Source: Stegostoma tigrinum (lineage: Eukaryota). From it: DNA of 64,000 nucleotides. The position numbers and the translations under genes are program-made. The notes under the pieces were generated by a model. The model was not told where the DNA came from and did no database searches. It saw nothing but the letters and a program-made list of their open reading frames with translations. The stretch is from positions 12,688,867 to 12,752,866 of the forward strand of contig NC_081387.1 of the NCBI RefSeq assembly GCF_030684315.1, given 5' to 3'. The first letter of the stretch is position 1; each line of letters opens with the position of its first letter. Below, piece by piece: positions 1-12,420 of this stretch.

Positions 1-289
1 TACGATGGCAGGAATGGCCTGTGAGGACAAATTGAGGAGATGGGTCTACATTCTCTAGAGTTCAGAAAAATAAACGATGAACTATTAAAGTGTGCAAAAT
101 GGGATTGACAGGGTAGATGCAGAAAGGATGTTTCGCCCTCACCTTGTGGTGGGGCATGCAGAACCAGGGGCACTCTCTCAGAATAAGGGTCAGGCCATTT
201 AGTACCGAGATGAGGAGAAATTTCTTCGCCCAGAGAGTGGTGAGCCTTTTCAATTCTCTGGCCCAGAAGATTACAGAGTCCCACTCATT

Positions 290-760
290 GAGTCAGAGTC
301 ATAGAGCACAGAAACAGCCCCTTGGTCCAACCAGCCCATGCTGATAATGCCAAACTAAATCAGTTCCGCGTGTCTGCTCCCGGCCAATCTCCCTCCAAAC
401 CTTTCCTATTCATGCACATATCCAAATATCTTTTAAACATTGTAACTGTACCAGCATCCACCACTTCCTCAGGAAGTTCATTCAACACACGAACCACCTT
501 CAGTGTAAAAAAAATGCCCCTGAAGTCTTTTTTAAATCTCTCTGCTCTCATTTTAAAAATATCTCTGCAAGTCTTGAAATCCCCCCTCACTGGGTAAAGG
601 ACACCTGTCATTAGTCCTATCTATACCTCTCATCATCTTATAAACCTCAGTAAGGTCACCTCTCAACCTCCTACGGTCTAGTAAGAAACGGCCCAGCCAA
701 ACTCAAACATTCCAGTCCTGGCAGCCACCTGGTAAATCTCTTGAGATTTCCAGTAACAAG
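290..760 (-). mobile_element. Degenerate CR1 LINE 3' fragment
   Basis: Translates to FFTLKVVRVLNELPEEVVDAGTVTMFKRYLD, matching the C-terminus of the young CR1 at 52469-53927. Confidence 0.75.
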
Positions 761-1016
761 GAATATGGAGATACTGCAGTTGAAGTAGAAAATGGACCAT
801 GATCTGATTGAATGGATGGCCTGAAGCTGGTTTGATGGGCTGAATGGCTCACTCCTGGTCCTAATTCCTGTGTTCCCAGCTGCATCTTTGCTTCGAACGA
901 TAGGGATACAGAATACTAACCCCCGACAGAGGGGGCTGCATTTACTCACCCCTTGAGGAGATTCTTGGCGTAACAAGGTGCCCGAAAGCAGAAGGAGATT
1001 ACGCCCCGCACCTTAC

Positions 1017-1250
1017 CTTGAGAAGGGTCAATACGTCTGGCCGATCGAGTCGCGCCTGAAACTGAGCCAGAACCCGCTCGGCGGAGTCCAGGGCATCTTG
1101 AATCTCCCGCAGGTTTCCTTGCATCACCTCCAGAATCCTCCCTTCCCACTCACGGAGATCTCCGTCGAGACGCTGCTCCAGCTCACCCAGGACCCGGTGC
1201 ATCTTGGCGAACTCATATTTGATGTGGGCTTGCAGATTGCGTGACTGCTC
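1017..1250 (-). CDS. TRIM gene coding exon 3 (coiled coil, 234 nt)
   Basis: Acceptor ctcag|, donor AAG|gtaagg. Encodes EQSRNLQAHIKYEFAKMHRVLGELEQRL...DVLTLLK. Downstream exons probably lie left of the window. Confidence 0.87.
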
Positions 1251-1366
1251 CTGAGCCCATGGGAAGGTGGAACAGAGGCAGACAATAAATATTTTCAAAA
1301 CGTGAAAAGTTGTGGGGGGAGCAAAATTGGGCTTTGGAAAAGAGAACAAACAAATCGACACCTCAC

Positions 1367-1462
1367 CTTGACCTGGGAGATCTTCTGCTCCTGGTTGAAT
1401 TTAGCCTTGAGCACCGCAGCCTTCCTTTTGGCGGCCAAGTCCAAAGATAATTTCAGCTGATC
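1367..1462 (-). CDS. TRIM gene coding exon 2 (coiled coil, 96 nt)
   Basis: Acceptor atttgcag|, donor AAG|gtgagg. Open frame DQLKLSLDLAAKRKAAVLKAKFNQEQKISQVK; a 96-nt phase 0-0 exon is typical of PRY/SPRY-class TRIM genes. Confidence 0.85.
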
Positions 1463-2392
1463 CTGCAAATGAGAGCAGAAATTCCTGGAGGGAATCCTTC
1501 CACCTTCTGAGAGAAAGGGGGCTAGGCCAGATGGTGGGAGGAAGTGCTTTCAAAGCGACTCCCATCTCTTTGCAAAACAGGGCAGACGTGGTCCCATTCA
1601 GCCTCATTATATGTCTGCGGCCTTCTTCCTCAATTTAGTTCACTTCTTGTGTGCCCCCAACCATTGCATCTGCCTCTGTCACGTGCCCAGACGCCAAAAC
1701 CCCGAAGCGAGGAGAAACTTTTCACTTCTTATCTCCTCGGCTTCTTCGACCAATGCTGTCCCTCATATCTCTACCTGCCTTGGTTCTCAATCCTTTTACC
1801 AACTGGGACATATTTCTCCCTCTCTACTCAGCCCAGGCCCTTCATGATCTTGAACACTCTCCCCAGCAGTAATTCACCAAGGTTACCAAGTCTGGAGAGC
1901 CTGAGCTCGGAGAACTCCAGAAGCTGGAGTTAGAGTCAGTACAGTGTGGAGCTGGAGCAACATAACAGGTCAGGCAGCATCAGAGAAGCAGGGTGAGTCG
2001 ACATTTTGGGTCGGGCCCCTTCATCAGATTGTAAGGAGAGGCTGGGACTGTTTTCCCTGGAGTCTAGGAGGCCAAGGCGTGACCTTAAAGTGGCTCAGCA
2101 AATCATGATGGACATAGGTACAGTGAATAGTCAAGGTCTTTTCGCCAGGGTCGGGGAGTCCAAAACTTGAGGGCAGAAGTTTAAGGTGGGAAGGAAAAGA
2201 CTTATAAAAGACCTGAGGGACAAATCTTTCACACAGAGTTGCATATATGGAACGAGCTGCCAGAGGAAGTGGTAGAGGCTGGTTCATACATACACATCAG
2301 CACACAGAGCTAGGTTTGGGATGAAACTGGTTGGGAGTAAGAATGCTGTGCGTTTTTTTTAGGCGCCTGTCAGACCACAGCTAGAATGTCCG

Positions 2393-2575
2393 TTGAATCC
2401 CTACAGTTTGGAAGGAGGCCATTTTCCATGGCCAATCCACCCTAACCTGCACACCTTTGGACAGTGGGAGGTCACAGGGAGAGCAGAGAGTTCAGAGACA
2501 GCAATCTCAGGGTAGAATTGAATCCAGTGCCCCTAGTGCTATGAGGCAGCACTGTTAACCACTGAGCTACCATGC
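2393..2575 (-). mobile_element. tRNA-derived SINE (HE1/V-SINE-like), partial
   Basis: Head tggtagctcagtggttaacagtgctgcctcatagc and tail caggttagggtggattggccatgg are shared with the other copies in the window. Confidence 0.7.
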
Positions 2576-3521
2576 CTGCTTCTGTGAATACAGTGAAGAC
2601 TTTTGGTCTCCTTATCAAAGAAAAGTTATAATGGCAGTGGAGGCAGTCCAGAGAATGTTCATTTGGTTGATCCTGGATCGGGGGTGGTGTGGGGGGAGTG
2701 TTTTTTTTCCTGTGACCAGCCAACTTGGAGTCAGTCCCTGCAGTTAAGAGTGTCTCTGAAGCCCCTGGTTTTACTATTTTTTTAAAAGCCTTCTAATCCC
2801 TACACAACTGCTATACAGCAGTGGTGCTTATGTTCCCCCACAGCTGTGCGTGTGCGTGTGTGCGTACGCAACTGCTGGGACTCAGTGAAGACACCATTGT
2901 GTAACTATGTTTTTTCAATACTTACACCACCAGGAAAACCACCCATTGCACCAGGGAACCAGTAGCAAGCAAAGCCGATTAAGAGCAATTTTTATGTGAA
3001 TAATGTGAAGGGGGACGGTAGGGGTTAAATCAAAATAGAATTGGATGCCGGAAATAAAGCACTTCAAACCCCCCCCCTTCCCCCCACTGCAGGGCTCACC
3101 TCTCCCTAAAGGTGGGGGGGAATTTCTTGTGAGATTGAGTCATTTGGGGTCATTTAGAAGTTTGAAGAATCAGAGGCAACCTTATTGAAACATACATGAT
3201 TCCTGGGGGATTTTCCAGAGTAAATGGGGTTGTTTCCCCTTGTGGGAGAGGCTAGGGCCAGAGGGCATCATCTCAGAATAAGTGGTTGCTCATTCAAGAG
3301 ATGAGGAGGAATTTCCTCTCTCACAGGGTACGGAATCTAAGTGATTCTTTACCACTGAGAGCTGAAGAGGTTGAATTGCTAAGTGTATCCATGCCTTATT
3401 AGACAGACTTTCAATTAACAAGGGAGGTGAAGGTTACAGGGAACGGAAAGGAAAGTGGAGTTTAGGACTGTCAGATCAGCCATGATCTCATCGATAGGAC
3501 GAACAGACTCGATGAGCTGAG

Positions 3522-3740
3522 TATAGGAGATAACAAGGTGTGGAGCTGGATGAACAGAGCAGGCCAAGCAGCATCTTAGGAGCAGGAAAGCTGACGTTTC
3601 GGGCCTAGATTTTTCTGAGGAAGGGTCTAGGCCCAAAATGTCAGCTTTCCTGCTCCTAAGATGCTGCTTGGCCTGCTGTGTTCATCCAGCTCCACACCTT
3701 GTTATCTTGGATTCTCCTGCATCTGCAGCTCCTATTATCC
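3522..3740. mobile_element. Palindromic Penelope-like element remnant (inverted pseudo-LTR arms) with TSD
   Basis: Arms of about 85 bp form an inverted repeat. Flanked by ctcgatgagctgag (3508-3521) and ctcgatgggctgag (3741-3754). Confidence 0.8.
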
Positions 3741-4117
3741 CTCGATGGGCTGAGCAGTCTATTTCTGCTCCTATTTGAGTGAAATAACTCTACAGAGGCT
3801 GGGAAATGGTCACCAAGTCACCCTTTACTTACACATGATCAGTCCTTCACCATAGCACTGTCTTATTCAGAGCAAGGTACTAGACTGTTAGTGTATCCCT
3901 GATACTCACCTTTAAATGTCAGCCCCAATCAGGAAACTCATATACTATGAGGTCCAGCTGGCTAACCTCCCTGCAATCTCTTACACTTAGGATCTTATGT
4001 TGTTCCTAAAATTGGAGAACTGAATGCAACACTCCAGTGGAGGCCGAGCAACTGTCCCACACCAGTTTAACGCCGTCTCCTCGCTCCGTTTCTCCCAACC
4101 CCTGTTCACAAACCTAC

Positions 4118-4528
4118 CTTATAAATCTCGACAGCCTCATTGAGGGGGATGAAGGTGTGATATCTGTGCTCCCTCCCGTCCCGACAGATGCCGCAGATGA
4201 GTTTTTTGTCGGTTTCGCACAACAGCTTCAGTTCTTCCTGGTGCAGCTCGCAGTACAGTTTCTCGGTCTTCGGCCTCCGGTTCCTGTTCAGCTGCCTTGC
4301 TCTCCCGGCCAAGTTGGCAAGAGCCCGGTTGGACTTGAGGTTTATCCCTGAGAACACCTCCAGACACTCGGGGCAGAAGTTTGACTCCTGCACTTCCCAG
4401 CAGCCTGTAATGCAGGACCGGCAATAGCTGTGGCCACATTCCAGAGTCACTGGATCCACAAACAGTTCGAGGCAGACCGCACAAATTAACTCCTCTCTCC
4501 AGTTCTCAGCCCGCTGTCTGGGATCCAT
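4118..4528 (-). CDS. TRIM-family E3 ligase, first coding exon (RING + B-box2)
   Basis: ATG at 4528 (MDPRQRAENW...). C3HC4 RING CAVC..ECGHSYCRSC..CPEC and B-box CELH..CETD..CGIC..H..H. Ends phase 0 at AAG|GTAGGT; 411 nt. Confidence 0.93.
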
Positions 4529-5344
4529 TCCTCCGTGACTGTGGCCTTGCTCTGAGATTACTTCCTTGTCTTCTTCCAGACAGGAGGGCGGGTAGGTCTG
4601 TGACTCATGGTCACAGGCAGGTGTGGGGGACGGGAGAGGTGTGTATGAACCAGCAGGCAGCCCGCGAGGTGTAATTTTGATCCATTTACTGACGCTAGAG
4701 CCAGCCCATTGACAGCATGGTAACAAGCAATCCGCAAGATCACTGAGACAGAACATTTCAGAGTACACACTTCACAGTTCAGAATTCACACTTTTTAAAT
4801 TTCAAGACAGACGTTATTCGTAAAAAGTATTTTTATATACTTAGTCACAAACGCACGTCGTATCTGTGCCGTAGCATAACAAAGAAACAAGCAAACATTG
4901 GATTCTGACTCTATCCAAACAAACCAAAAGCATATCTTACCTGAACCAGATTGTATTTACAGTCATTTGAAGTACCAGAGGGTCAGGTAACCGAACGGAC
5001 ACCCATTTTAACTTCGGCTCTAAGGCATCCTCGCAGTTCAGAATATCCAGGCTCCACCTTTATCTACTGAGTTCATTACTGCCTACAACATCTTCCCTCA
5101 CTGAACCTGCTGGGAAGAAATTTAAATTTGAATTTCCCAGCTGAAAGTAAAGGAAAGATGCTGACATCTAGAGTCGAAACTTTTTCTCGTTTCCTATATC
5201 TCGCTCTCTCCAAGGATGCTGACTGACTCGCTGTGATCTCCAGCATCTTTTGTTTTCGGTCCAGATTTCCAGCACCTGCCTTGTATTGTTTCCACTTTGC
5301 ATTTCGTGGGTTTGGGCGAGATATTTCCGGGATTGAAAAACGAT

Positions 5345-5492
5345 CCAATCACGATGCACAATACCAACCAATCAATGGCTTGAGAGGTTGACCAATCGGC
5401 GGTGGCGTTTTCTGAGCCAATCAGAAGCGGGTTCCACTGGACCAATCGGAGAGAGCTGGGCGCTCACTGGCGGCGGCCAGGACGCTATAAAA
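5345..5492 (+). promoter_or_regulatory. Histone H3 promoter: five CCAAT boxes and TATA box
   Basis: CCAAT at 5345, 5368, 5392, 5417 and 5442; TATAAAA at 5486-5492, 60 nt before the ATG. Confidence 0.85.
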
Positions 5493-5530
5493 GGAGAGAC
5501 GTAGACACTGTGTCCCTAGTTTCTGGATGA

Positions 5531-5956
<426 letters not shown>

Positions 5957-5996
5957 GCTCGATCCCTCTAGCTCCCTCATGAGCATTAACTCAAAC

Positions 5997-6012
5997 GGCT
6001 CTTTTCAGAGCC
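5997..6012 (+). terminator. Histone 3' stem-loop (SLBP site)
   Basis: GGCTCTTTTCAGAGCC followed by ACCA and a purine-rich HDE-like AAAAGATGGAAG. Confidence 0.93.
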
Positions 6013-6469
6013 ACCACTGCATCAGCAAAAGATGGAAGTGCAGATGTGCAGGAACCTTGCTTGCTTGGTGAATTGCAAGTCAGACTGTGCCTGCCACTTA
6101 GATGGCAAATTGCTTATTGTAATGCCATTTCCTAGTAATTGTTTCTGTCTGAGGTGGATACCAAGATGCCTAGTATGTTTGCCAATGACCTGAAGGTTGG
6201 TGGTGTTGAGTAGTTTGGAGAGCTGTTGTAGGTTGCAATAGGGCATTGAGGATGGTGGGCAGGCTGGTAGTGAGGTGATTCATTTTGGAAGGTTGAATTT
6301 GAATGCAGAATAGTGGGTTAATAAGATTCTTGACAGTGGAGGAACAAGAATCTTCTGTTGAAGAACAACAAAAGGTATTCTTGTGCAAGAACAGGCCCTC
6401 CAAGCCTGCTGATCCAGATCCTTTATTTAAAGCTATTGCCTATTTTCTAAGGTCCATGTCTACATCCCT

Positions 6470-7040
6470 CAAACTTGCTACCCAAGTTGAAAGGGTTAAG
6501 GTGTATGGTGTGTTGCCTTTCATTAGCAGGGGATTGGAGGTTAAGAGCTGTGAGGTTATGCTGTAGCTCTAACTGGGAGTATTGTGTTCTGTTGAGGTCT
6601 CCTCATTGCAGGAAAGATGTGGAAGCTTATAGAGGCTGCAGAGGAGACTTACCAGGATGCTGACTGGACAGGAAAGCAGGTCTTGAGGAAAGACAGGGCT
6701 TTTTCACATGGAGTGAAGGATGACCAGTGACTTGAAAGAGTCATACAAGGTGAGGCAGAGTGGATAGTCAGACTTTTTCCCAGGGCAGAAATAGCCATTG
6801 AGGGGATATAATTTTAGTGATTGGAGGAAGGTATAGGGGCGATATCAGGTAGGTTCTTTAGTGGGTGTGTGGAATGCCTTGCCAAACAGTGGTTGTGGAG
6901 TCAGATACTTTAGAGACTTTCAAGTGACTCTTGGATAGGCATGTGGATGACCCTAAAATATAGGGTACACAGGATAGTTTGATCTTAGGATAATAAATTG
7001 ACACAACATCATGGGCAGAAGTGCCTGTACCATTCTATGT
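6470..7040 (+). mobile_element. Degenerate CR1 LINE 3' fragment
   Basis: Homologous to 53270-53900 (ATQVERVK.., gattggaggaaggtatagggg, typical 3' tail). Confidence 0.7.
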
Positions 7041-7074
7041 TCACTAAGCACTCAAATCTCCCCTGTATGCCCAT

Positions 7075-7705
7075 GGTCGAGGGCATTCTCCACTACTGAA
7101 GGGAGGAAGTTGCAGTCCTTGGAAAAACAAGGATTTGAGATGTATGGGAGTGGAATGCCTCATCCTGGGAGCAGATGTGAAGGAATTGGGAAAAGGGAAT
7201 GGCAACTTTTTTTGCAGGAAGGTGGGTGGGAGGAGGTGTATTCTAGGTAGTTGTGGGAGTCGGTGGGCTTGAAATGGATATTAGTTTTGAGGTGGCTGCC
7301 AGAGATGGAGAGGTATTAGAGATGGCCCAGGTGAACTTAAGGTTGGTGTGGCAAGTGTTAGTAAAGTGGGTGAACTGTTTGAGCTCCTTGTGGGAGCATG
7401 AGGCAGTACTGATAGTCATTAATGTAACAAGGAAGAGGTGGGGTTTAGGGCCAGTGTAGGTATGGAAGAGGGATTGTTCCTCGTAACCTACAAAGAGGCA
7501 GGCATGCAGGTACCCATGGCCCCACCCCCTTTGTAGGCAGTGGGAGGAATTGAGAAGTTGAGGGTGAGGAAGTGTTTGGCTAAGTGGAGGGGGGCTGGTT
7601 GAGCCTGTGGGACAGGAAGAAGCAAAGGACCTTTAGGCCATCTGTATAGCAAATGCAGGTGTATAGGCATAGGATGCCCATGGTAAAGATGAGGTGTTGG
7701 GGACC
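7075..7705 (-). mobile_element. Penelope-like RT fragment (degenerate)
   Basis: Homologous to 55450-55880 (ttgcaggaaggtgggtgggaggaggtgtattct...) and includes a GGAMGT RT-like motif. Confidence 0.75.
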
Positions 7706-8739
7706 AGAGCTAATTGTCTGTCCACCTGGAATCCTCCATCTGTTTCCATTTTTCTAGCTGGGAAAAAAGCTGACAATCCTCAAGGGAAACCTGAGGGGGG
7801 GGGGGTGGAAATGGGCTGTCTTATGGAGAGATCTGTATCCTGACACCCCTTACTGACTCTTTCAGGCTGGTGTGTTCAATTTTAGTCACTACCTTTAAAA
7901 GGTAGGTGGTATCTTTACTATCTTTACTCCTCTTTACAATAGAGGAGTTCAGTTATTCCAAATGCAAAAAAACAGACTTAGCAAAATCATTCTGGGTCAG
8001 TGTTCTCCAGAATTGAGAAATTCCCATTCCTTTTGAGTACATTCTCAACAGACAAAATGGGAAAAATTGAGGACGAGATGGTGGGTACTTACAGATGCTG
8101 GAAAATCTGAGAAGGTGTAGAGCTGTGTGAACACAACAGGCCAAGCAGCATCAGACCAGCAGGAAAGGTGATTTGTGTAAATTTCTGAAGGATCCAGACC
8201 TGAAACAGCTTTGCTGCTTGGCTTGCTGTGTTCATCCAGCTCTACACCTTGTTATCTAAACTTGAGGACAAGACTTTTATTAGATTACCTAGAAGTTGAG
8301 AACTGGGTGTTCTTGGATTGACGGAAGGTTTGTAATGAAGTTCCCCAGAAACTTAGTCTTGGACCTTTTTTAAAAAACTTTTCATTTGTGGTAGGGAATG
8401 CTGGCTGACCAGAGAAATGGAGGCTTTCCAAGAGGAAGGAGGCATTTGGATGTATAGAGTAAATCCCTAGAAGGGTATAAGGACAGTAGATGTACACCAC
8501 TTGGAAATCAGGAGGGCCCAAAGGAGAAATGAACACCTTTTTGGCAAATAAGGTTGAGGAGAATCCATGGAAATTCCTTAAATTAAGGTTAAAAGAATAA
8601 TTGGGAGAGTAAAGGCCCTTAAAGTTCAGCAAGGCTTCCACTGTCTGGAAACTCAGGTTGGGGAGGTACTAAATGAGTTTTGTGCATCTTCACTGGAGAA
8701 GGCTATGGAAGCTGGGGAAACAGTGCTATCTTACTGTCT

Positions 8740-9410
8740 TTATTAGATAGTGGTAAACACTGATGCAAAATACACTCAATAGCTTCCCATCTTGTTATTC
8801 CACATATACAGCCTTGCTGATCTTTATGGGGCCCTATTCTCTCTCTAGTTGCCTTTTTAACCTTAATATATTTATAGAATTTCTTTGGATTCTCCTTAAA
8901 CCTACTTGCCAAAGTTATCTTGTCTCCTTTTTGCCCTCTTTACTTCCTTGAAGTATATGCCTACTGCCCTTACATTCTTGAGATTAACTTAATCCCTGCT
9001 GACTATACCTGATATATACTTCCTCCTTTTCTTGACCAAAACTACTTTCTCTCGTCGTCCAGCATTCCCTTCACCCTAAAAGGAACATGCTGTCTCTGGA
9101 CACTCTATCTCTTTTGAAGTCTTCCCAGTCTCTACCTGTCCCTTTACCTGTGAATGTCTGCCCCCATCGACTTTTGAAAGTTCTTGCCTAATGCTATCAA
9201 AATTGGTCTTCAATTTAAGATTCAACTTTTAGATCCAGTCTCTTTTTTTCCATCGCTATTTTGAAACTAATAAAATTACCTGGCCCCTAAAATTCTCTCC
9301 CACTGACACCTCAGGTACCTGCCCTAATTTATTTCCAAGGGTAGGTCAAGTTTTTGCACCTTTTTCTACTCAGTGCATGCACAAACTGGATCAGAATTTC
9401 TTCTACTTGC
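8740..9410 (-). mobile_element. Degenerate CR1 LINE ORF2 internal fragment
   Basis: FKENPKKFYKYIK..RERIGP matches 59425-59706 (FKENPKGFCKYIKDKR). Confidence 0.7.
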
Positions 9411-11240
9411 TTAGCCTAACCACCTAAAGTCAGGCTGCCAAATGGCCTACAACAAGTCAAGAACTGAGTGCTTTTCTGGGCCAGTGTAACTTTAACCAGG
9501 GCTGGATTGATTCCTATACCTACCCAACCAGCCCAGCCCAGCCCTTGACAGACATCCTGAAGGGGGGAATGGGACTCAAAAGAAACAGGAAGAAGTCTCC
9601 CAGGGCCTCAAGTGAACACTGCTCCACGCTGGCATTGGCTATCCTGATAAAGGAAAAGCCTTTACATTATTTGTCTGCAAGAAGGAGGGTTAAATGACAG
9701 TGGTACTGGCCCAGGAACATGAGTATAGGTTGAGACCTATTGGATATTACTCAGGGCAATTAGACAAGGTAGCCCTTGGATGGCAGGGGGCACGGTGGGG
9801 GGCTGTTTGAGTGCGTGCAGACTGTGTACAGCAGTGGGATTTACTGCAAGCCTGGTGTTGGGTCAGAGATTGAGCTAAATGCCTGCATGCTGTACTCCTT
9901 TTGTTCTGAGTAGAATATCTCAGGTAACTGCTGCTTAGTGAACAGCAGTCCAAGAAGCTCCTAATCTACCAATAGCTCATGAGAGTCTGGTCACGCCAGC
10001 CACGCTCTTATGGGAGCCTACAGGAGAGGAAGGAGATGCCTGGAATTGTGCTGGAATCCTGCAATAATCAAATGAACGAGGCTTTGCAAAATCCAGACCT
10101 CGTTTTCCCCCGTAGTGACAGATCCTCTCTCCTGGAGCATGGTATAAGGAAATCTGGATGGCCTGTCATGGTACTCTGCCCTGTCATGGCATCAGGAAGC
10201 CATCCCTGACACCCCACCTCCAGGGTATTGACACCACAGGTGGAATTACAGGCTCTGAAGCCTGTGAAATATCAGGTTGCCGACATTTACACGGACTCCC
10301 GCTGTGCTTTTGGCCAACTGTGGAAACAGCATGGATTCCTAACGGTTGCATGTATCCCACCGCCACTCCCATCAGAAATGGGAAGGAAGTCAAGGACTCA
10401 CTGGAGGCTCTCCAGCTGCCCAAAGAAGTGCAATTTAATAAAGTGCGAAGCCCAGGGCAATACCCTGGTAGATTGGGCAGCTGAAAGAGCTGCCACCAAT
10501 CACTCTTGCCAAGAGGTTCAAGGGCACATCTGCCACCTCAAACGTTGTGGCAGCAAATCAAAATCAGCACACATTGCATAATGAATGTTCCCAAGAGGAG
10601 AAAAAGGGATGGATTGATAGTGGACATGGGCTACACAAAGATGGCGTTTGGAGACAGCAAGAATCGAAACAATTTAACTGGGGAGGCAGTGGCCTAGCAG
10701 TTTTATTGCTGGACTGTTAATCCAGAGACGCCCTCATTCTATGAATGAATAAAGGAAATCAACTTATTGCATAGCTACTGCCTGGATGTCATATTTGGCA
10801 CAACAAATCCACTCCTGGGGCATTCAGGGTCTGAGCAGATGACAGCACAGTTGGTGGGGGGGAGGCAGGGTTTTTAAAAAAATCTGGTCAGGCAGTAGTG
10901 AACTACTGCCTCACTTGCCGGAAAAAACCCTGGAGCCAAAGTGCAAGTTCCCTAAATGAAAGCACCAGGGCCATTCCAACATTTGCAAGTTGATTTATGT
11001 GCCACTCCCACATTGCCCATGTTACTCAGATGTCCTTGTAACTGGGGACAAGTTTTCCAGCTAGATGGATGTGTAAGAATTATGTACCCCAAAGGGTACT
11101 CTCTGTCAGCATTGACTTGGATGAGGGAATGCATTTCAAGACGTTTGCTCATTATTGAGAACTGTCCCTATCATCCACAATCACCAGGGCAGTTCGAACA
11201 AATGGGTCAGAACCTGAACCAGTGACTGGCTAAGTAAGGG
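9410..11240 (+). mobile_element. Endogenous retrovirus pol relic (RT thumb/connection, RNase H, integrase), heavily disrupted
   Basis: Across frames: FLGQCNF, RPIGYYSGQLDKVALG, IYTDSRCAFG, IKCEAQGN, PGPFQHLQVD, CPYHPQSPGQFEQ, in RT-RH-IN order with many stops and frameshifts. Confidence 0.8.
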
Positions 11241-11389
11241 TGTGCTGGAACAGGGGAGCCAGTGTCATTAAACAGGGTGGGAAATTTAGAGCTATTAATG
11301 AGGCGTGCAATATACTAAGCTTCTTTAACTATGGACAGTAGAAGAGGAGGGAGGCTACGCCAAACTTGCACAAGGTATTGATTCACCTT

Positions 11390-11552
11390 ATAAAAACCAA
11401 AAGAACTGCAGATGCTGTAAATCAGGAACAAAAACAAAGTTGCTGGAAAAGCGCAGCAGGTCTGGCAGCATCTGTGAAGGAGAAAACATAGTTAACATTT
11501 CGGGTTCTGAGGAATGGTCACCGGACCCGAAACATTAACTTTGATTTCTCTG
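11390..11552. mobile_element. Second PLE subfamily terminal fragment with short inverted arm
   Basis: aaaagaactgcagatgctg..gcagcatctgtg..gttaacatttcgggt followed by ctgaggaatggtcaccggacccgaaacattaac. Same family at about 17855-17985, 18198-18430 and 45150-45245. Confidence 0.65.
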
Positions 11553-12299
11553 CCATTGATTAGCTCTAGCCATAGTCAGCCATACTGCATGGAAACAGAC
11601 TTTTTGGCTCAACCAGTCCACACCAACATGGTCCCAAACTAAGTTTGTGCCACCTGCCTGCATTTGGCCCAAATTCTCACCAACATTTCTTATCCTAATA
11701 TCTTTTAGATGTTGTAACTGCACCTATCACTTCCTCAGGACCCTTACTCCAAAAATGAACCACTTTCTACTTTAAAAATGTTGGCCCTCTTTTCTAAAAT
11801 CTTTTTCCTGTCACCTTTAAAAAATATGCCGTTTTGAAGACCCCTACCCTAGAGAGAAGACACTTTCTATTCACCTTTCTTGTGGTTTTATAAACCTCAA
11901 TAAGGTCACCTCTCAACCTCCCATGCTCTAGTGAAAGAAGTCCCAGCCTATCCAGCCTCTGTGAAGCTTTAGAAATGAAACAGTGCTCTTTTATTAATTG
12001 GTAAGAAATGTTATACCATCATAATCAGGAAGTGAACTGTCTCTCAGAGACGAAATTCCTGATTTTATGTTGTACCTTAAAGATATGACCACATTTATTA
12101 TGATTTTGCATCCATTTCATACTTATTGATCCCTGCCGAAGAAATCCACCAACTAGACTCTGCCTTTTTGTATTTTCAAGCCTCTGTTCTTTTCAGCGGC
12201 ACTTGAATTCAATGAATTCCAACAAAAGTTGAATGCACCAGTCAAACAGCAGAATAGGATGATCTAATTCTGTTTTTTTTTTAAAAATAATGTCATAGA

Positions 12300-12420
12300 T
12301 TCTGCCTGATCTACAGGAGTATTGCCCTGGGCTTCCATGGTGTTATCTTTAGTATGGGCTTTGCACTTAATTGCACTTCTTTGGGCAGCTGGAGAGCTTC
12401 CAGTGAGTCCGTTAGCAGCA
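12300..12420 (-). mobile_element. Second short ERV RNase H fragment, inverted relative to the main relic
   Basis: AIKCKAHTKDNTMEAQGNTPVDQA; the DNA is the reverse complement of sequence at about 10395-10480. Confidence 0.65.

Noticed and set aside
4529-4768. N-terminal 80-aa extension of the TRIM ORF in the ORF track
   Set aside because: No domain-like content, and the 411-nt exon from ATG 4528 fits the family pattern; probably intron or UTR read-through.
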